Positions 20,521 to 31,252 are shown, counted from the stretch's first letter. The stretch: 64,000 bases of DNA from Bacillota bacterium (GCA_023436115.1 JAEZKQ010000031.1:164740-228739); one strand, 5' to 3'. The notes: a model not told the origin generated them from the sequence alone. Program-made: numbers and translations.

Positions 20521-21006
20521 TTGATGAAAAAGATGTCCAAATTCATTTATCTTTGTCTTTGCCTTGCCTTGTTTCTCATACCTGCCGGATGTGGTTCTGC
20601 CGAACTGGCATCAGCCACAGTAACAAATATTCCGGAAACAACCATCACATTCGATATCAGCAACGCCATTGATATGCTGGATAAAATTATTGCCTCCGAA
20701 AACAAACCCGAACCGGTTCCCGTTCTTATATGGGGTGCCAAGCTGGTGCGTCAAGGCTGTGAATTGTCAATCGATTGGCTGGACTATCACGACCGGCCCG
20801 GTAATATGAACGAAAAAGACGTCAGAAATAAAGTTGAGCAGGTGGATACCATCACAGTAAGCGGCACGTATCTGTCCAGTCGAGCTATTTCTTCACAATA
20901 TTTAGGCCAAGACTTTGTGGACTATATCGCCTCGCAAAAGGATGGCGCAAAATTTACGTTTTATATGCTCGACGGACAGGTTCTGTTTGTGAAAGATTTA
21001 GAATAG
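20521..21006 (+). CDS. Hypothetical lipoprotein
   Basis: 161 aa. Signal peptide with lipobox LIPAGC. I recognise no family. Confidence 0.55.
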   Translation: MMKKMSKFIYLCLCLALFLIPAGCGSAELASATVTNIPETTITFDISNAIDMLDKIIASENKPEPVPVLIWGAKLVRQGCELSIDWLDYHDRPGNMNEKDVRNKVEQVDTITVSGTYLSSRAISSQYLGQDFVDYIASQKDGAKFTFYMLDGQVLFVKDLE

Positions 21007-21252
21007 CAGCCACACCGTTTCAAGCAAAGTCAAGGACCGCTATACAAACCAAAAGCGGCCCTTATATATGAGCGCAGCATAACGGGTATGCCAACGAACG
21101 TTGTCAGGATTGCACAGCCCATGATTACCATCGTTTGCACCTGCAATAGCGTCATTCTCGGGCGGCTGCCTCATCGCTTACCTTTATTCCCGGGAACGGC
21201 GCACACTCAGGCTGAACTGGCTATGGGCTGGCGGGAAGATTATCGATAGCCT

Positions 21253-22575
21253 TTACATGACAAGCGTGCCATCGTTGACGTGCTGTATCATGAGTATATC
21301 CTCTTCTATACCGGTTTGGGCATTGATATAAATGATAAAGTCCTGACCGTTCATACTGCCGGTGAACTCCCAGCAAACCTTCTCTTCGTTTGTCTCCATA
21401 GGTATCAGCGCAAGACGTACACTCTGCACATTAATATCACTGGTAAGCTTCTCTTTTGCCTGGTCTTTATCAAGCGCGGGCTCGGGGAGCGAGCGCGGCT
21501 TGTGCGCCATCAGATAATTAAATGTATCTAGCCCAATCACCTGGCCCGTGGAGATGTCAACCCAAACCTTAATCAAATCGGGGTAAAGCACGATACCGTT
21601 TTCCACCGGGGCCAAATTGATAACTGCCATACCATTATAAAACTGAGCATAGCTTGCTGCGCTTTCTCCATAGCCCTTATCCAACAAATATTGCTTTGCG
21701 GCATTTGATAGCTGTTCATACTTTTCATTCGTGGGTACAGCGGAAATACCGCCGCCGTTTTCAGATATATACCAGAGTACTTTACCGCCTTGCTTGCTTA
21801 TATTGATTGTGAACGCCTTTCCGTTTTGTTCGCCGATAAAGCTAAAGCAGCTGATTGTACCATTTTCTTCACCCGCATCCGATAATGCCGACGCATCAAT
21901 TCCCAGAAAATCGGCCGCCGTTTGTGCCGCCTGCTCGCGTGTGACCGTCACGGTTCCTAGCCCCTGCGGCTGTTTACCCTCTGTACTCTCTGAAAATGGC
22001 CCGTCATACATCAGACGCGGAAATTCCTGATTGGTAAAATCAATATTGCCCTCACCAATATCCTCGGCCATGAATACTTGCTGCGATAGGTCGATCTCGC
22101 TCGGATAGCCCTGCTGCCATAGTCCTTCCAGCTTGCTATAAATCTGACCGCATGATGCCGCCAACTGACGTATTTGTTTAAAATCATCGGCTGACAGATC
22201 TTCACCCCCGGCAACCTTGCGTGAAAGTGAACGACAATAATCACTCGTACGGTTCATAAATTGGGTCAGTGTAGACGTGCTCGCGTAAGAGACCGGCAGT
22301 GCTGAAATTGCGCTCTCCGTATCACCTGCCTGCCGCCAAACATCCATCAGCAGCATAGCATGTTGATTGATTCCGCTCGATGCTTCCAGTTTGTACAGCT
22401 TTGTTTCAAGACTTGTCACGTCGGTCAGCAATTGCTCAAACGCTTTGGAATAATAGCCGCTGATTTGGTTCTGCAGCGACTTCTTCTGGTCGTGAAAAAC
22501 GATAGTGGTTATTGTGAGCCCTACGATTAATACACCTGCAGCCACAGCCGCTATGATTCTGTACGTTTTCTTCAT
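21253..22575 (-). CDS. ypeB: Germination protein YpeB (PepSY-domain, membrane anchored)
   Basis: 440 aa with an N-terminal TM and a YpeB-like N-domain (LLTDV..LE..L.KL). It lies immediately downstream of sleB, as in Bacillus. Confidence 0.8.
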   Translation of the reverse strand: MKKTYRIIAAVAAGVLIVGLTITTIVFHDQKKSLQNQISGYYSKAFEQLLTDVTSLETKLYKLEASSGINQHAMLLMDVWRQAGDTESAISALPVSYASTSTLTQFMNRTSDYCRSLSRKVAGGEDLSADDFKQIRQLAASCGQIYSKLEGLWQQGYPSEIDLSQQVFMAEDIGEGNIDFTNQEFPRLMYDGPFSESTEGKQPQGLGTVTVTREQAAQTAADFLGIDASALSDAGEENGTISCFSFIGEQNGKAFTINISKQGGKVLWYISENGGGISAVPTNEKYEQLSNAAKQYLLDKGYGESAASYAQFYNGMAVINLAPVENGIVLYPDLIKVWVDISTGQVIGLDTFNYLMAHKPRSLPEPALDKDQAKEKLTSDINVQSVRLALIPMETNEEKVCWEFTGSMNGQDFIIYINAQTGIEEDILMIQHVNDGTLVM

Positions 22576-22586
22576 CTTTTTACTCC

Positions 22587-23255
22587 TTACTTACAAAAGA
22601 CGTGATCGCCTATCGTGACGATGACTGGTCTTGACCGTATATATTTGTTGCTCGTTTTAGCCGGGTTATAGTAAAACAAAGCTCCGCCCGATGGATCCCA
22701 ACCGTTCATGGCATCCTTAGCGGCGCTAATGGCATCCGCATCGGGTGTTAAATTGATCTGCCCGTCATCCACCACTGAGAACGCACCGCTTTGATAGATC
22801 ACCTTGGCAACGCTGTTGGGGAAAAGAGAGCTTTCCACACGGTTCAAAACCACAGCTGCCACAGCCACCTTGCCTTTATATGTCTCACCTCTCGCTTCGC
22901 CGTAGACAAGACGTGCCAGCAGATAGGTATCGTTGCTGTTACCACCACCGCCGCTTGTGCTTCCTTTTGGTGCCGCCACACCCAGCTTTTCGGCCGTTTG
23001 AGCGCCCACAATGCCGTCCACCGTAATACCATGCTTTCTCTGGAACCAAATCACCGCATTTTTCGTCCCTGTACCATACTTACCATCCACGTCCCCTTTG
23101 TAGTAGCCCCAGTCTTTTAGGCGCTGCTGAATCTCCCGCACGGCCTCGCCGCTGGAGCCCACCTTATAGGATGCCGCAGGAACGGCGGCACAGCTGCAAA
23201 ACAAAACCGCAAGCAATGCAAGCAGCAATGCAAGCGGTTTTCTTAGCTTCCTCAT
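22587..23255 (-). CDS. sleB: Spore cortex-lytic enzyme SleB (PG-binding domain + Hydrolase_2)
   Basis: Signal peptide, a PG_binding_1 repeat (GEAVREIQQRLKDWGYY..VDGKYG) and the SleB/CwlJ catalytic region (LARLVYGEARGE..VAAVVLNRV). Confidence 0.85.
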   Translation of the reverse strand: MRKLRKPLALLLALLAVLFCSCAAVPAASYKVGSSGEAVREIQQRLKDWGYYKGDVDGKYGTGTKNAVIWFQRKHGITVDGIVGAQTAEKLGVAAPKGSTSGGGGNSNDTYLLARLVYGEARGETYKGKVAVAAVVLNRVESSLFPNSVAKVIYQSGAFSVVDDGQINLTPDADAISAAKDAMNGWDPSGGALFYYNPAKTSNKYIRSRPVIVTIGDHVFCK

Positions 23256-23290
23256 GTCCCTAAACTCCTTGATGCGAATAGATCGGCATA

Positions 23291-23851
23291 TTATTCAAAC
23301 ATGCTGCTGATAAGCTCTGCAAAGAATGATGTGTACTCCACGTCTTGCTCCTCCAGTGTGTCCATCTCGGTAATACAAAGAGGCGGAAACATCACACACC
23401 ACCAGTTATGACCTTTGCCTTCTCCCAGCGTGACCCGAAGTGCCTGATAGTCCCCTTCGGGATACGTCACATCCTGGTATGTCTTTTCCGGGAAATGGAA
23501 CGTTCCCACTTCCGCATGAGCCGAATAATCCAAACCGTTTTCAGTCAGTGTTTCATTTGCCGTCTTCTCTATTATCTCAAGGTTATTTTCAATATATTCC
23601 TGAGCATCCTGCGAATTTGTACAAGCTAACATATCCTCTGACGTGAGATCGAGCACAGCGTCTCGCACCATCAATTTGATTTGCTGATCGTCATCCGTAT
23701 CAGAATTGGCGATAATGTGCAATCGAAACGGGGCTTGTGAACATGCGCTTAGCAGCAGGACGATCGCCATCACAAAAGCAATGATAGAGATCTTTATATT
23801 GCGCCGCATGGAATTGCTTTTTTGGCTTAGGTCTTCTTTTGAAGTGGTCAT
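23291..23851 (-). CDS. spoIIR: Stage II sporulation protein R
   Basis: Motifs RLHIIANSD.D.DQ..K..VRD and NWWCVMFPPLC. Confidence 0.85.
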   Translation of the reverse strand: MTTSKEDLSQKSNSMRRNIKISIIAFVMAIVLLLSACSQAPFRLHIIANSDTDDDQQIKLMVRDAVLDLTSEDMLACTNSQDAQEYIENNLEIIEKTANETLTENGLDYSAHAEVGTFHFPEKTYQDVTYPEGDYQALRVTLGEGKGHNWWCVMFPPLCITEMDTLEEQDVEYTSFFAELISSMFE

Positions 23852-23933
23852 ACATTTATCCTTTTATCACAATGTCATATATATGCGCTATCAATTATGA
23901 CCACAAATCATTTATTTATACGACTTTCCTAGA

Positions 23934-23964
23934 ATTTAAAAAGCCCTCATTGAAGAAGGCTTTG
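23934..23964 (-). terminator. Terminator-like hairpin after the padR-DUF2812 pair
   Basis: Minus strand: AAAGCC-12 nt-GGCTTT followed by a T-rich tract. Confidence 0.4.
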
Positions 23965-24071
23965 TTCAGCGCAATTTTATTCGTTTATCATCGTATCTAA
24001 TTACATAAATGTTGAGAAAAAACTACTATGATTTAGCTGCTAAACCCGCATCGGAGGGCAGCTTAATCCAA

Positions 24072-24704
24072 CTATATTAAACCCCTTAGGGAGCGGCGGT
24101 ACTGTCGCCTCGTTTTGATATATGCAGCCATATAGAACACGATAATAATAAGAAAAATCAGCCACATAAAACCCCGGCCTATAGCAAACGGCGTCTCAAA
24201 CAGAAAAGCGCGCCAAAATTGTATCCCGCTCATCTCCCAAAGTCCGGGTGTCAAATAAAGCTCCTTTGGATTTGTAAAAGCAGAAAGCTTATACTGGTTC
24301 GTCATCACAATGACGACAAGCAGCGGTATAAACGCTGTGACCAAAGAAAGCCACATCGCGCTAAGCCGTTTGTATCTGCCGGCTTTTGATGCAGAATCAG
24401 AGAATATATCGTTTGAGGCGTCTTGCTTGGCTTGCATAAAATACTGAGTCCCCGAGCTTTTGTTCCCGGCTATATGCTTCCAGCCGCTGTCCTCAAAAAT
24501 ACAGATGTAATCCTCAAAATCTTTGTTATTTTTAAAAATACGGTAATCAATTCTGTAATTTTCTTTTTTTGCATCAACCTTTTGAAAGGTATATCTCCCC
24601 GAGCAATTCACGCAAAGCAATTTGTATCCTTTTTCAGACATTTCGGATAACCATCTTTCTTCTTTTGCAAAGTCGAAAAACCACTTATACTGCTTTAACA
24701 TCAT
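24072..24704 (-). CDS. DUF2812-family membrane protein
   Basis: N-terminus FFDFAKEERWLSEMSEKGYKL plus two C-terminal TM segments. It overlaps the preceding PadR gene by 4 nt, a commonly seen pairing. Confidence 0.7.
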   Translation of the reverse strand: MMLKQYKWFFDFAKEERWLSEMSEKGYKLLCVNCSGRYTFQKVDAKKENYRIDYRIFKNNKDFEDYICIFEDSGWKHIAGNKSSGTQYFMQAKQDASNDIFSDSASKAGRYKRLSAMWLSLVTAFIPLLVVIVMTNQYKLSAFTNPKELYLTPGLWEMSGIQFWRAFLFETPFAIGRGFMWLIFLIIIVFYMAAYIKTRRQYRRSLRGLI

Positions 24705-25030
24705 ATTGACATCTCCTCTTGATTAAAAAGCTGACGGCTGATACTGACCAAATGCGTAAGCCGCTGATATTCCATTTGTAAAACTTCTTTTCCTGCCGGC
24801 GTGAGTGTATAGACTTTTCTTCGGGTATCAAGGCTGCCTACCTGAGCGATTATCTTTTGCTTAAGCAGGTTTTCTAACGCGCCATAAAGCGTACCCGCCG
24901 CGATTCTGACTTTTCCCTCGCTTAAGTTTTCAACGTTTTGCATTATCGCATACCCATGATTGGGGCTCAGCAGCGACAGCAATATGTAATAAGTTGTTTC
25001 AGACAGCGGCAGAAATCTATTTAAGTTCAA
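24701..25030 (-). CDS. PadR-family transcription regulator
   Basis: 109 aa winged helix (YYILLSLL.PNHGYAIMQ..E..S.G.V.I..GTLYGAL..L). TTG start 7 nt after AAGGAAG. Confidence 0.85.
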   Translation of the reverse strand: MNLNRFLPLSETTYYILLSLLSPNHGYAIMQNVENLSEGKVRIAAGTLYGALENLLKQKIIAQVGSLDTRRKVYTLTPAGKEVLQMEYQRLTHLVSISRQLFNQEEMSI

Positions 25031-25196
25031 AGGGTCACTTCCTTATTCACATTATAAAGTTTAACTATATAGTGCGAGTGTATATCGCCCGACTGTATAT
25101 GTCAATATTAATTTTTTTATAGGCAATATTTTTTAACTATTTATTATGGGAATTGGTTTGTGCTATAATACTTAAGAATTTGTAAGGAGGCTTCGC

Positions 25197-25625
25197 ATGC
25201 AGCGGGTTTTACTGACAATAAAAGGCACGCAGCGTGAAGGCGATACAAACGAGCTCATTGAATTAATCACGGAAGGCCGCCTTAAAAAGGATCCGCAGGG
25301 GTTTCTTATCGAATATGATGAGAGTATACTCACGGGCACAGACGGCTGTACCACCTCACTTTTGATCAATGATGACAGCGTTACGCTGCAGCGAAGCGGC
25401 GAAGACGGCATGCAGATGATTATTTCACCCGGGCGTGTTTATAAAAGAGATTTGAGTACGCCAAGCGGCATGATGAGCCTTTATATATACGCGCTTCGTG
25501 TTGAAAGCAAGCTAAGTGAAAATGAAGGTTCACTGCTCTTTGAGTATGAACTCAATATGGGAAGCTTGTCGAGCATCAATACAATCGATCTTTCGTTTAA
25601 AAGAATGAAAGACTGCGTAAATTAG
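25197..25625 (+). CDS. DUF1934 (YwiB-like) protein
   Basis: 142 aa beta-barrel-like sequence (L.I.G.Q...D......L...G.......G..I.Y.ES). Confidence 0.7.
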   Translation: MQRVLLTIKGTQREGDTNELIELITEGRLKKDPQGFLIEYDESILTGTDGCTTSLLINDDSVTLQRSGEDGMQMIISPGRVYKRDLSTPSGMMSLYIYALRVESKLSENEGSLLFEYELNMGSLSSINTIDLSFKRMKDCVN

Positions 25626-25653
25626 ATATTATACGGAACAGAGGTGATATTGA

Positions 25654-26301
25654 ATGACTATTGATTGGCTGGGGCACTCCTGCTTTAAAGTAACCCTAAA
25701 GAACGGAACCCGTATACTTTTCGATCCATACGGGGATCAGATCGGTTATGCACCGCTGGATGTGGAAGCCGACATTGTTGTGATTAGCCATAAACATCAT
25801 GATCATAGCGACCTTTCTCACGTAAAAGGGGATTATACACTTGTGAGAGAGGCTGGGGTTTATACATTCGGAGATCTGACCATTGAGGGCATAAAAACCT
25901 GCCACGATAAAGAGCAGGGCGCTTTGCGTGGGGAAAACATCTGCTTTATGATCACCATAAACGGCATGAGACTGTGCCACATGGGCGATTTGGGCTGTAT
26001 TCCCGATAATGAGACAATAGGCAAGCTTAAGGGAACAGAAATTCTTTTAATTCCTGTTGGCGGCAATTATACGATTGATGCTTGCGAAGCGCTTAAAATC
26101 TGTGAGATGGTAAAGCCCAATATCATTATACCGATGCATTTTAAAACATCGGCTACTACACTTGATATCGCGCCTCTAAATGATTTTTTAGAAGCTGCAG
26201 GCCGTGAATATGATGTTTCGCACCTTGGTAAGTGTTATATCAAAATCGATAAGGCTTCGCTTAAAAAGCGTACGCGTATTATTGTGATGGAGTATCTATA
26301 A
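25654..26301 (+). CDS. MBL-fold metal-dependent hydrolase (UPF0173-like)
   Basis: WLGHSCF and HKHHDH metal motif. 215 aa. Confidence 0.8.
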   Translation: MTIDWLGHSCFKVTLKNGTRILFDPYGDQIGYAPLDVEADIVVISHKHHDHSDLSHVKGDYTLVREAGVYTFGDLTIEGIKTCHDKEQGALRGENICFMITINGMRLCHMGDLGCIPDNETIGKLKGTEILLIPVGGNYTIDACEALKICEMVKPNIIIPMHFKTSATTLDIAPLNDFLEAAGREYDVSHLGKCYIKIDKASLKKRTRIIVMEYL

Positions 26302-26334
26302 ACGTTATTTCTTTTATTTAATTGGGAGGGGTTA

Positions 26335-27975
26335 ATGTCAACAAAGTTTATATTTGTTACCGGAGGCGTCGTATCGTCGCTCGGTAAAGGAATTACCGCC
26401 GCATCTTTGGGACTGTTGCTAAAAAGCCGTGGACTCAAGGTGTCGCTGCAAAAATGCGATCCATACATCAACGTCGATCCGGGCACAATGAGTCCTTTTC
26501 AGCATGGTGAAGTTTTTGTGACCGATGACGGCGCAGAGACCGACCTTGATATCGGCCATTACGAACGTTTTACCGACGAAAATTCTTTTGCCGATTCTAA
26601 CGTGACGACAGGAAAGGTGTACTGGAAGGTTATTTCCAAGGAACGCCGCGGAGACTACCTTGGCGGAACCGTTCAGGTAATACCGCATATTACCGACGAA
26701 ATCAAGGCGCGTATATTCAGCGTCGCCAGCAAAGAAAAGCCCGACATCGTCATCACCGAAATCGGCGGCACAGTGGGCGATATCGAATCGCAGCCGTTCC
26801 TTGAAACCATCCGCCAAATCAAATGGGAGGTCGGCGAGGAAAACTGCATGTATATCCACGTTACGCTGATGCCCTATCTGCATAAAGTGGGGGAGCTGAA
26901 AACGAAACCCACACAGCATAGCGTGAAAGAGCTGCGCACAATCGGTATTGAGCCGGATATCATCGTCTGCCGTACGGAAGTGGAAATCACTGACGACATT
27001 AAGCGTAAAATTGCGCTGTTTTGCAATGTAAGTCCCGCCTGCGTGGTACAGAACCTAGATGCCGAAACGCTGTATGAAGTACCCATCATGCTGCGCAATG
27101 AGAAGCTGGACACGCTCGTTTGCGAACGTCTTGGCCTTCCGTGTACACCCTCCGATATTCCGGAATGGGAAAACATTGTCCGCATACAAAAACAGAAAAA
27201 AGAAAAGGTGACCATTGCCATCGTCGGCAAGTACATCGAGCTGCACGATGCTTATTTGAGCATCGCAGAATCTTTAACGCACGCCGGCATAGCAAACAAG
27301 CTGGATGTGCAGATACTTTGGATCAATGCCGTTGATCTGGAAGAGTCGGACGACTCAGCGGCAAAACTTCTCAAAGACGCTGACGGTGTTATCGTGCCCG
27401 GCGGTTTCGGTGACAGGGGCATAGAAGGAAAAATTAAAGCGATACAGTATTGCCGAGAAAATAAAGTACCGTTCTTTGGTATTTGCCTTGGCATGCAGCT
27501 GGCTATTATCGAGTTTGCACGCAATGTACTCGGGCACAGGGAAGCCAACTCCACGGAGCATTGCTCGGATACGCCTTATCCGTTTATCGACCTGATGCCG
27601 GAACAGAAAAACATTACCGATATGGGCGGTACAATGCGGCTGGGCAGTTATAAATGCAGTCTGAAAAAAGGTTCCTTGGCATATGATGCCTATCAGACTG
27701 ACGAAATCAATGAGCGCCACCGCCACCGTTACGAGTTCAACAACGTTTATTTTGAAGAGATGACAAACGCGGGCATGCGTGTAGCGGGTGTAAACCCGGA
27801 TCATGGCTTGGTGGAGATTATGGAAATCGCGGATCATCCTTGGTTTGTGGGTGTGCAGTTCCACCCCGAATTCAAATCGCGTCCTATCCGCTCTCATCCG
27901 CTCTTCCGCGAGCTGGTTGCCGCAGCCAAGAAATATAAAGACATACAAAAGGGCAAAAACAAGCCCGGTGTTTAA
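26335..27975 (+). CDS. pyrG: CTP synthase
   Basis: N-terminus [16 protein letters not shown], GATase GICLGMQ, HRHRYE. Confidence 0.95.
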   Translation: MSTKFIFVTGGVVSSLGKGITAASLGLLLKSRGLKVSLQKCDPYINVDPGTMSPFQHGEVFVTDDGAETDLDIGHYERFTDENSFADSNVTTGKVYWKVISKERRGDYLGGTVQVIPHITDEIKARIFSVASKEKPDIVITEIGGTVGDIESQPFLETIRQIKWEVGEENCMYIHVTLMPYLHKVGELKTKPTQHSVKELRTIGIEPDIIVCRTEVEITDDIKRKIALFCNVSPACVVQNLDAETLYEVPIMLRNEKLDTLVCERLGLPCTPSDIPEWENIVRIQKQKKEKVTIAIVGKYIELHDAYLSIAESLTHAGIANKLDVQILWINAVDLEESDDSAAKLLKDADGVIVPGGFGDRGIEGKIKAIQYCRENKVPFFGICLGMQLAIIEFARNVLGHREANSTEHCSDTPYPFIDLMPEQKNITDMGGTMRLGSYKCSLKKGSLAYDAYQTDEINERHRHRYEFNNVYFEEMTNAGMRVAGVNPDHGLVEIMEIADHPWFVGVQFHPEFKSRPIRSHPLFRELVAAAKKYKDIQKGKNKPGV

Positions 27976-27985
27976 GCCGGGCTTG
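27960..27985 (+). terminator. Hairpin spanning the pyrG stop (weak terminator candidate)
   Basis: CAAGCCCGG / CCGGGCTTG 9-bp stem. The T-run begins only 9 nt after the stem, so termination is doubtful. Confidence 0.3.
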
Positions 27986-28033
27986 TCCAATTCACCTGTT
28001 TTTTAGAAAGTGCGTACCCGTGGAGGAAAATAT

Positions 28034-29668
28034 ATGACAGAATCCAAGGCCAGGAATTTTATAGAAGAAATCATTGACGGTGATCTGGAGTCAGGACGCG
28101 TAGATCATGTACTGACGCGCTTTCCGCCCGAGCCGAATGGTTATCTGCATATCGGACATGCAAAGTCCATCTGTCTGAATTTCGGTACAGCCATGAAGTA
28201 TGGCGGCCAATGCAATCTGCGCTATGACGATACCAATCCCGTCAAAGAGGATGACGAATATATACAGAGCATCCGGCGTGATGTCGAGTGGCTGGGGTTT
28301 ACACCCGCTGATATATTCTATGCCTCAGACTATTTTGATTTTATGTTTGAATGTGCGTTAAAGCTCATCAACAAAGGCCTTGCGTATGTCTGCGATCTAA
28401 CGGCTGATGAAATAAGAGAGTACCGCGGCACATTGACACAGCCCGGTAAAAATAGCCCGTATCGGGATCGCAGCATTGAGGAGAACAAGAGACTGTTCCT
28501 TGAAATGCGGGACGGCAAATATAAAGACGGCGAGAAAGTCCTGCGCGCCAAGATCGATATGGCAAGTCCGAATCTTAACATGCGCGATCCTATTATATAC
28601 CGGATACTGCGGGCCACGCATCACAGGACCGGCGACAAATGGCTCATTTACCCGATGTACGACTATGCCCATCCGTTGGGCGATGCGCACGAGGGCATTA
28701 CGCACAGCATTTGCACGCTCGAATTCGAGGATCACCGGCCGCTGTACGACTGGGTGGTTAAAAACTGCGAATGCGACCCCGCACCACACCAGTACGAATT
28801 CGCACGGCTCAATTTAACGCGTACCATCATGAGCAAACGCTATTTAAAGAAGCTCGTTGATGAAAGCTTTGTCTCGGGCTGGGACGACCCGCGCATGCCA
28901 ACGATATCGGGTCTGCGCCGCCGTGGCTATACGCCTGAAGCTATACGCGATTTCTGCGAACGTATCGGTGTGGCTAAATCCAACAGCGAGGTAGATGCCG
29001 GCCTGCTTGAGCATTGTGTGCGTGAGCACTTGGGAGTGATAGCGCCGCGCCGTATGGCCGTGCTCGATCCTTTAAAGGTCATTATTGAAAATTACGAGGG
29101 AGCGGGTGAGACCGTTACTTCTGAAAATCTTCCCAAGAACGACGAGGCCGGTTTGCGCAACGTGAAATTCTCTCGCGAAATTTATATTGAACGCAGTGAT
29201 TTTATGGAAGATCCACCGGGCAAGTTTTTCCGTCTGGCGCCAGGCAAAGAGGTGCGACTGAAAGACGCTTATATCATCAAATGCGAAAGCGTCATTAAAG
29301 ATGAGAACGGCAATATCACCGAGCTTCGCTGCACATGCGATCCCGATTCCAAGACAGGCGGCCCCACGGCAGGACGCAAGATTAAAGGCACGCTGCACTG
29401 GGTGGATGCCGCAAGCGCAGTGCCTTGTGAAGTCCGTCTGTATGACTATCTGCTCAATGAAGGCGACGGCGATTTTACGGACCGGCTCAACGCCGATTCA
29501 CTCAAAGTTCTGCCGAATGCGCTCATTGAAGAAGCGGGCGCAAACGTAACGGTCGGTGAACGTTTTCAGTTCCTGCGGCAGGGATATTTTTGTGTGGACA
29601 GCGACAGCAAACCAGGCCATCTGGTGTTTAACCTTATCGTTAATCTAAAGGACAGCTACAAGGCTTAA
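28034..29668 (+). CDS. glnS: Glutaminyl-tRNA synthetase
   Basis: HIGH motif [14 protein letters not shown] motif IMSKRYL, and a C-terminal beta-barrel anticodon domain. ATG 28034 lies 6 nt after GGAGGA. Confidence 0.92.
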   Translation: MTESKARNFIEEIIDGDLESGRVDHVLTRFPPEPNGYLHIGHAKSICLNFGTAMKYGGQCNLRYDDTNPVKEDDEYIQSIRRDVEWLGFTPADIFYASDYFDFMFECALKLINKGLAYVCDLTADEIREYRGTLTQPGKNSPYRDRSIEENKRLFLEMRDGKYKDGEKVLRAKIDMASPNLNMRDPIIYRILRATHHRTGDKWLIYPMYDYAHPLGDAHEGITHSICTLEFEDHRPLYDWVVKNCECDPAPHQYEFARLNLTRTIMSKRYLKKLVDESFVSGWDDPRMPTISGLRRRGYTPEAIRDFCERIGVAKSNSEVDAGLLEHCVREHLGVIAPRRMAVLDPLKVIIENYEGAGETVTSENLPKNDEAGLRNVKFSREIYIERSDFMEDPPGKFFRLAPGKEVRLKDAYIIKCESVIKDENGNITELRCTCDPDSKTGGPTAGRKIKGTLHWVDAASAVPCEVRLYDYLLNEGDGDFTDRLNADSLKVLPNALIEEAGANVTVGERFQFLRQGYFCVDSDSKPGHLVFNLIVNLKDSYKA

Positions 29669-29730
29669 AAAGCCTCCCTATACCTTGAAAGGAGACTAAT
29701 GCGGCCCGATGCGGCCGCATTGCTGTGTTT

Positions 29731-31182
29731 ATGAATCAGATTCGAACACGTTTTGCACCCAGCCCCACGGGCTATCTTCATATCGGCGGATTGCGTACCG
29801 CTCTTTACGCATGGCTTTTCGCCAGAAAGCACGACGGCATCTTTATCCTTCGCATTGAGGATACCGATACCGAACGTGAGGTGGAAGGCGCAAAAGATGT
29901 GATCTATTCCACACTGCGCCAGACAGGGCTTAACTATGATGAAGGTCCCGATTTGGGCGGCCCATACGGCCCATATATTCAAAGCGAACGCGCTGAAATT
30001 TATAAACAGCATGCCGAGATGCTTGTGGCATGCGGCGCGGCCTATCGGTGCTTCTGCACCAAAGAACAGCTTGCGGAGCAGCGCACTCAGGCCGAAGCCA
30101 GAGGAGAGGCTTATACCTACGGCAAGACCTGCCTTTCTCTGTCTCCCGAAGAGATACAGCGCCGTCTTGACGCAGGTGAGCCATATGTGATTCGTCAGAA
30201 TATTCCGCGAACCGGAGATACCACTTACACCGATGCCGTATTCGGCGATATCACGGTTCCCAATGCCGATCTCGACGACAACGTGCTCCTCAAGGCCGAC
30301 GGCATGCCCACCTATAATCTCGCCAATGTGGTGGATGACCATCTGATGGGTGTCACACACGTGATACGCGGAGTGGAATACCTATCGTCCACACCGAAGT
30401 ATAACCACCTATACCGCGCATTGGGCTGGGAAATACCCACGTATATTCATCTGCCTGTTGTCATGAAGGATAAGCAGCGAAAGCTCTCCAAAAGACACGG
30501 CGATGCGTCTTTCGACGACTTTATCAAAAAGGGATATCTCAAGGAAGCATTAATCAACTATATCGCGCTGCTGGGATGGAGTCCGGGTACGGATCAGGAG
30601 ATATTCACGCTGGACGAGCTGATTCAGGCTTTTTCCATCGAAGGCTTGTCCAAATCATCCGCGATATTCGATGTGGATAAGCTTACATGGATGAACGCCC
30701 AGTATATTCGCGCATTATCTCGGGACGATTTTATTGCCACGGCCATGCCTTATTTCGAAGAAGCTGGCGTCACCGCGTTTGATTTGGATCTCATTGCCGA
30801 GATGATACAGCCACGGCTCGAGCGTTTGGACGAAATACCCGGCAAGCTTTCATTTCTTAAGCAAATGCCCGAGTACGATCTTGAACTGTTTACTCATAAG
30901 CGTATGAAAACGGACGCACAGGCCGCACTTCCGGTCCTCAAAGAAGCAAGAATACTGCTTGAAAGCTTAAGCGATTATTCACTTGAATCTCTGAAGAACG
31001 CGCTCGGCACGCTGGTGGAGCGGCTTGGTGTTAAAAACGGCCAGCTGCTTTGGCCGCTTCGCATTGCCATCACTGGCACAGAAGTCACACCGGGCGGGGC
31101 AGTGGAGGCCGCATGCCTGCTAGGCAAAGAAGAAACTTTGCGCAGGCTAGACTTAAGCTTAAAACGGCTTGATGACAAATAG
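29731..31182 (+). CDS. gltX: Glutamyl-tRNA synthetase
   Basis: RFAPSPTGYLHIGG and KLSKRHG. The start is ATG 29731 or GTG 29725. Neither has a proximal SD. Confidence 0.92.
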   Translation: MNQIRTRFAPSPTGYLHIGGLRTALYAWLFARKHDGIFILRIEDTDTEREVEGAKDVIYSTLRQTGLNYDEGPDLGGPYGPYIQSERAEIYKQHAEMLVACGAAYRCFCTKEQLAEQRTQAEARGEAYTYGKTCLSLSPEEIQRRLDAGEPYVIRQNIPRTGDTTYTDAVFGDITVPNADLDDNVLLKADGMPTYNLANVVDDHLMGVTHVIRGVEYLSSTPKYNHLYRALGWEIPTYIHLPVVMKDKQRKLSKRHGDASFDDFIKKGYLKEALINYIALLGWSPGTDQEIFTLDELIQAFSIEGLSKSSAIFDVDKLTWMNAQYIRALSRDDFIATAMPYFEEAGVTAFDLDLIAEMIQPRLERLDEIPGKLSFLKQMPEYDLELFTHKRMKTDAQAALPVLKEARILLESLSDYSLESLKNALGTLVERLGVKNGQLLWPLRIAITGTEVTPGGAVEAACLLGKEETLRRLDLSLKRLDDK

Positions 31183-31203
31183 AAAACTTATTAAAATTCG
31201 AAT

Positions 31204-31245
31204 AAAAAAACGGCCTATCACTTGAAGCGATAAGCCGTTTTTTTC
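31204..31245. terminator. Bidirectional intrinsic terminator after gltX
   Basis: A7, then CGGCCTATCAC..GCGATAAGCCG stem (G-U pairs allowed), then T8. Confidence 0.65.
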
Positions 31246-31252
31246 ATTATTC

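Noticed and set aside
23256-23930. Sigma-F promoter for spoIIR and sigma-G promoter for sleB
   Set aside because: Both are expected on biological grounds. My attempts to align GCATA-15-GGnnAnAnT or GnATA-17/18-CATnnTA gave only partial matches, and their spacing conflicts with the SD. I am not claiming either promoter.
29665-30360. 231-aa ORF antisense to gltX
   Set aside because: A shadow frame of a confident gene, with no motifs. The same reasoning applies to 27355..27990 (antisense to pyrG), 31544..32104 (antisense to fhs), 46038..46574 (antisense to the NlpC/P60 gene) and 17587..18144 (alternative frame of ntpA).
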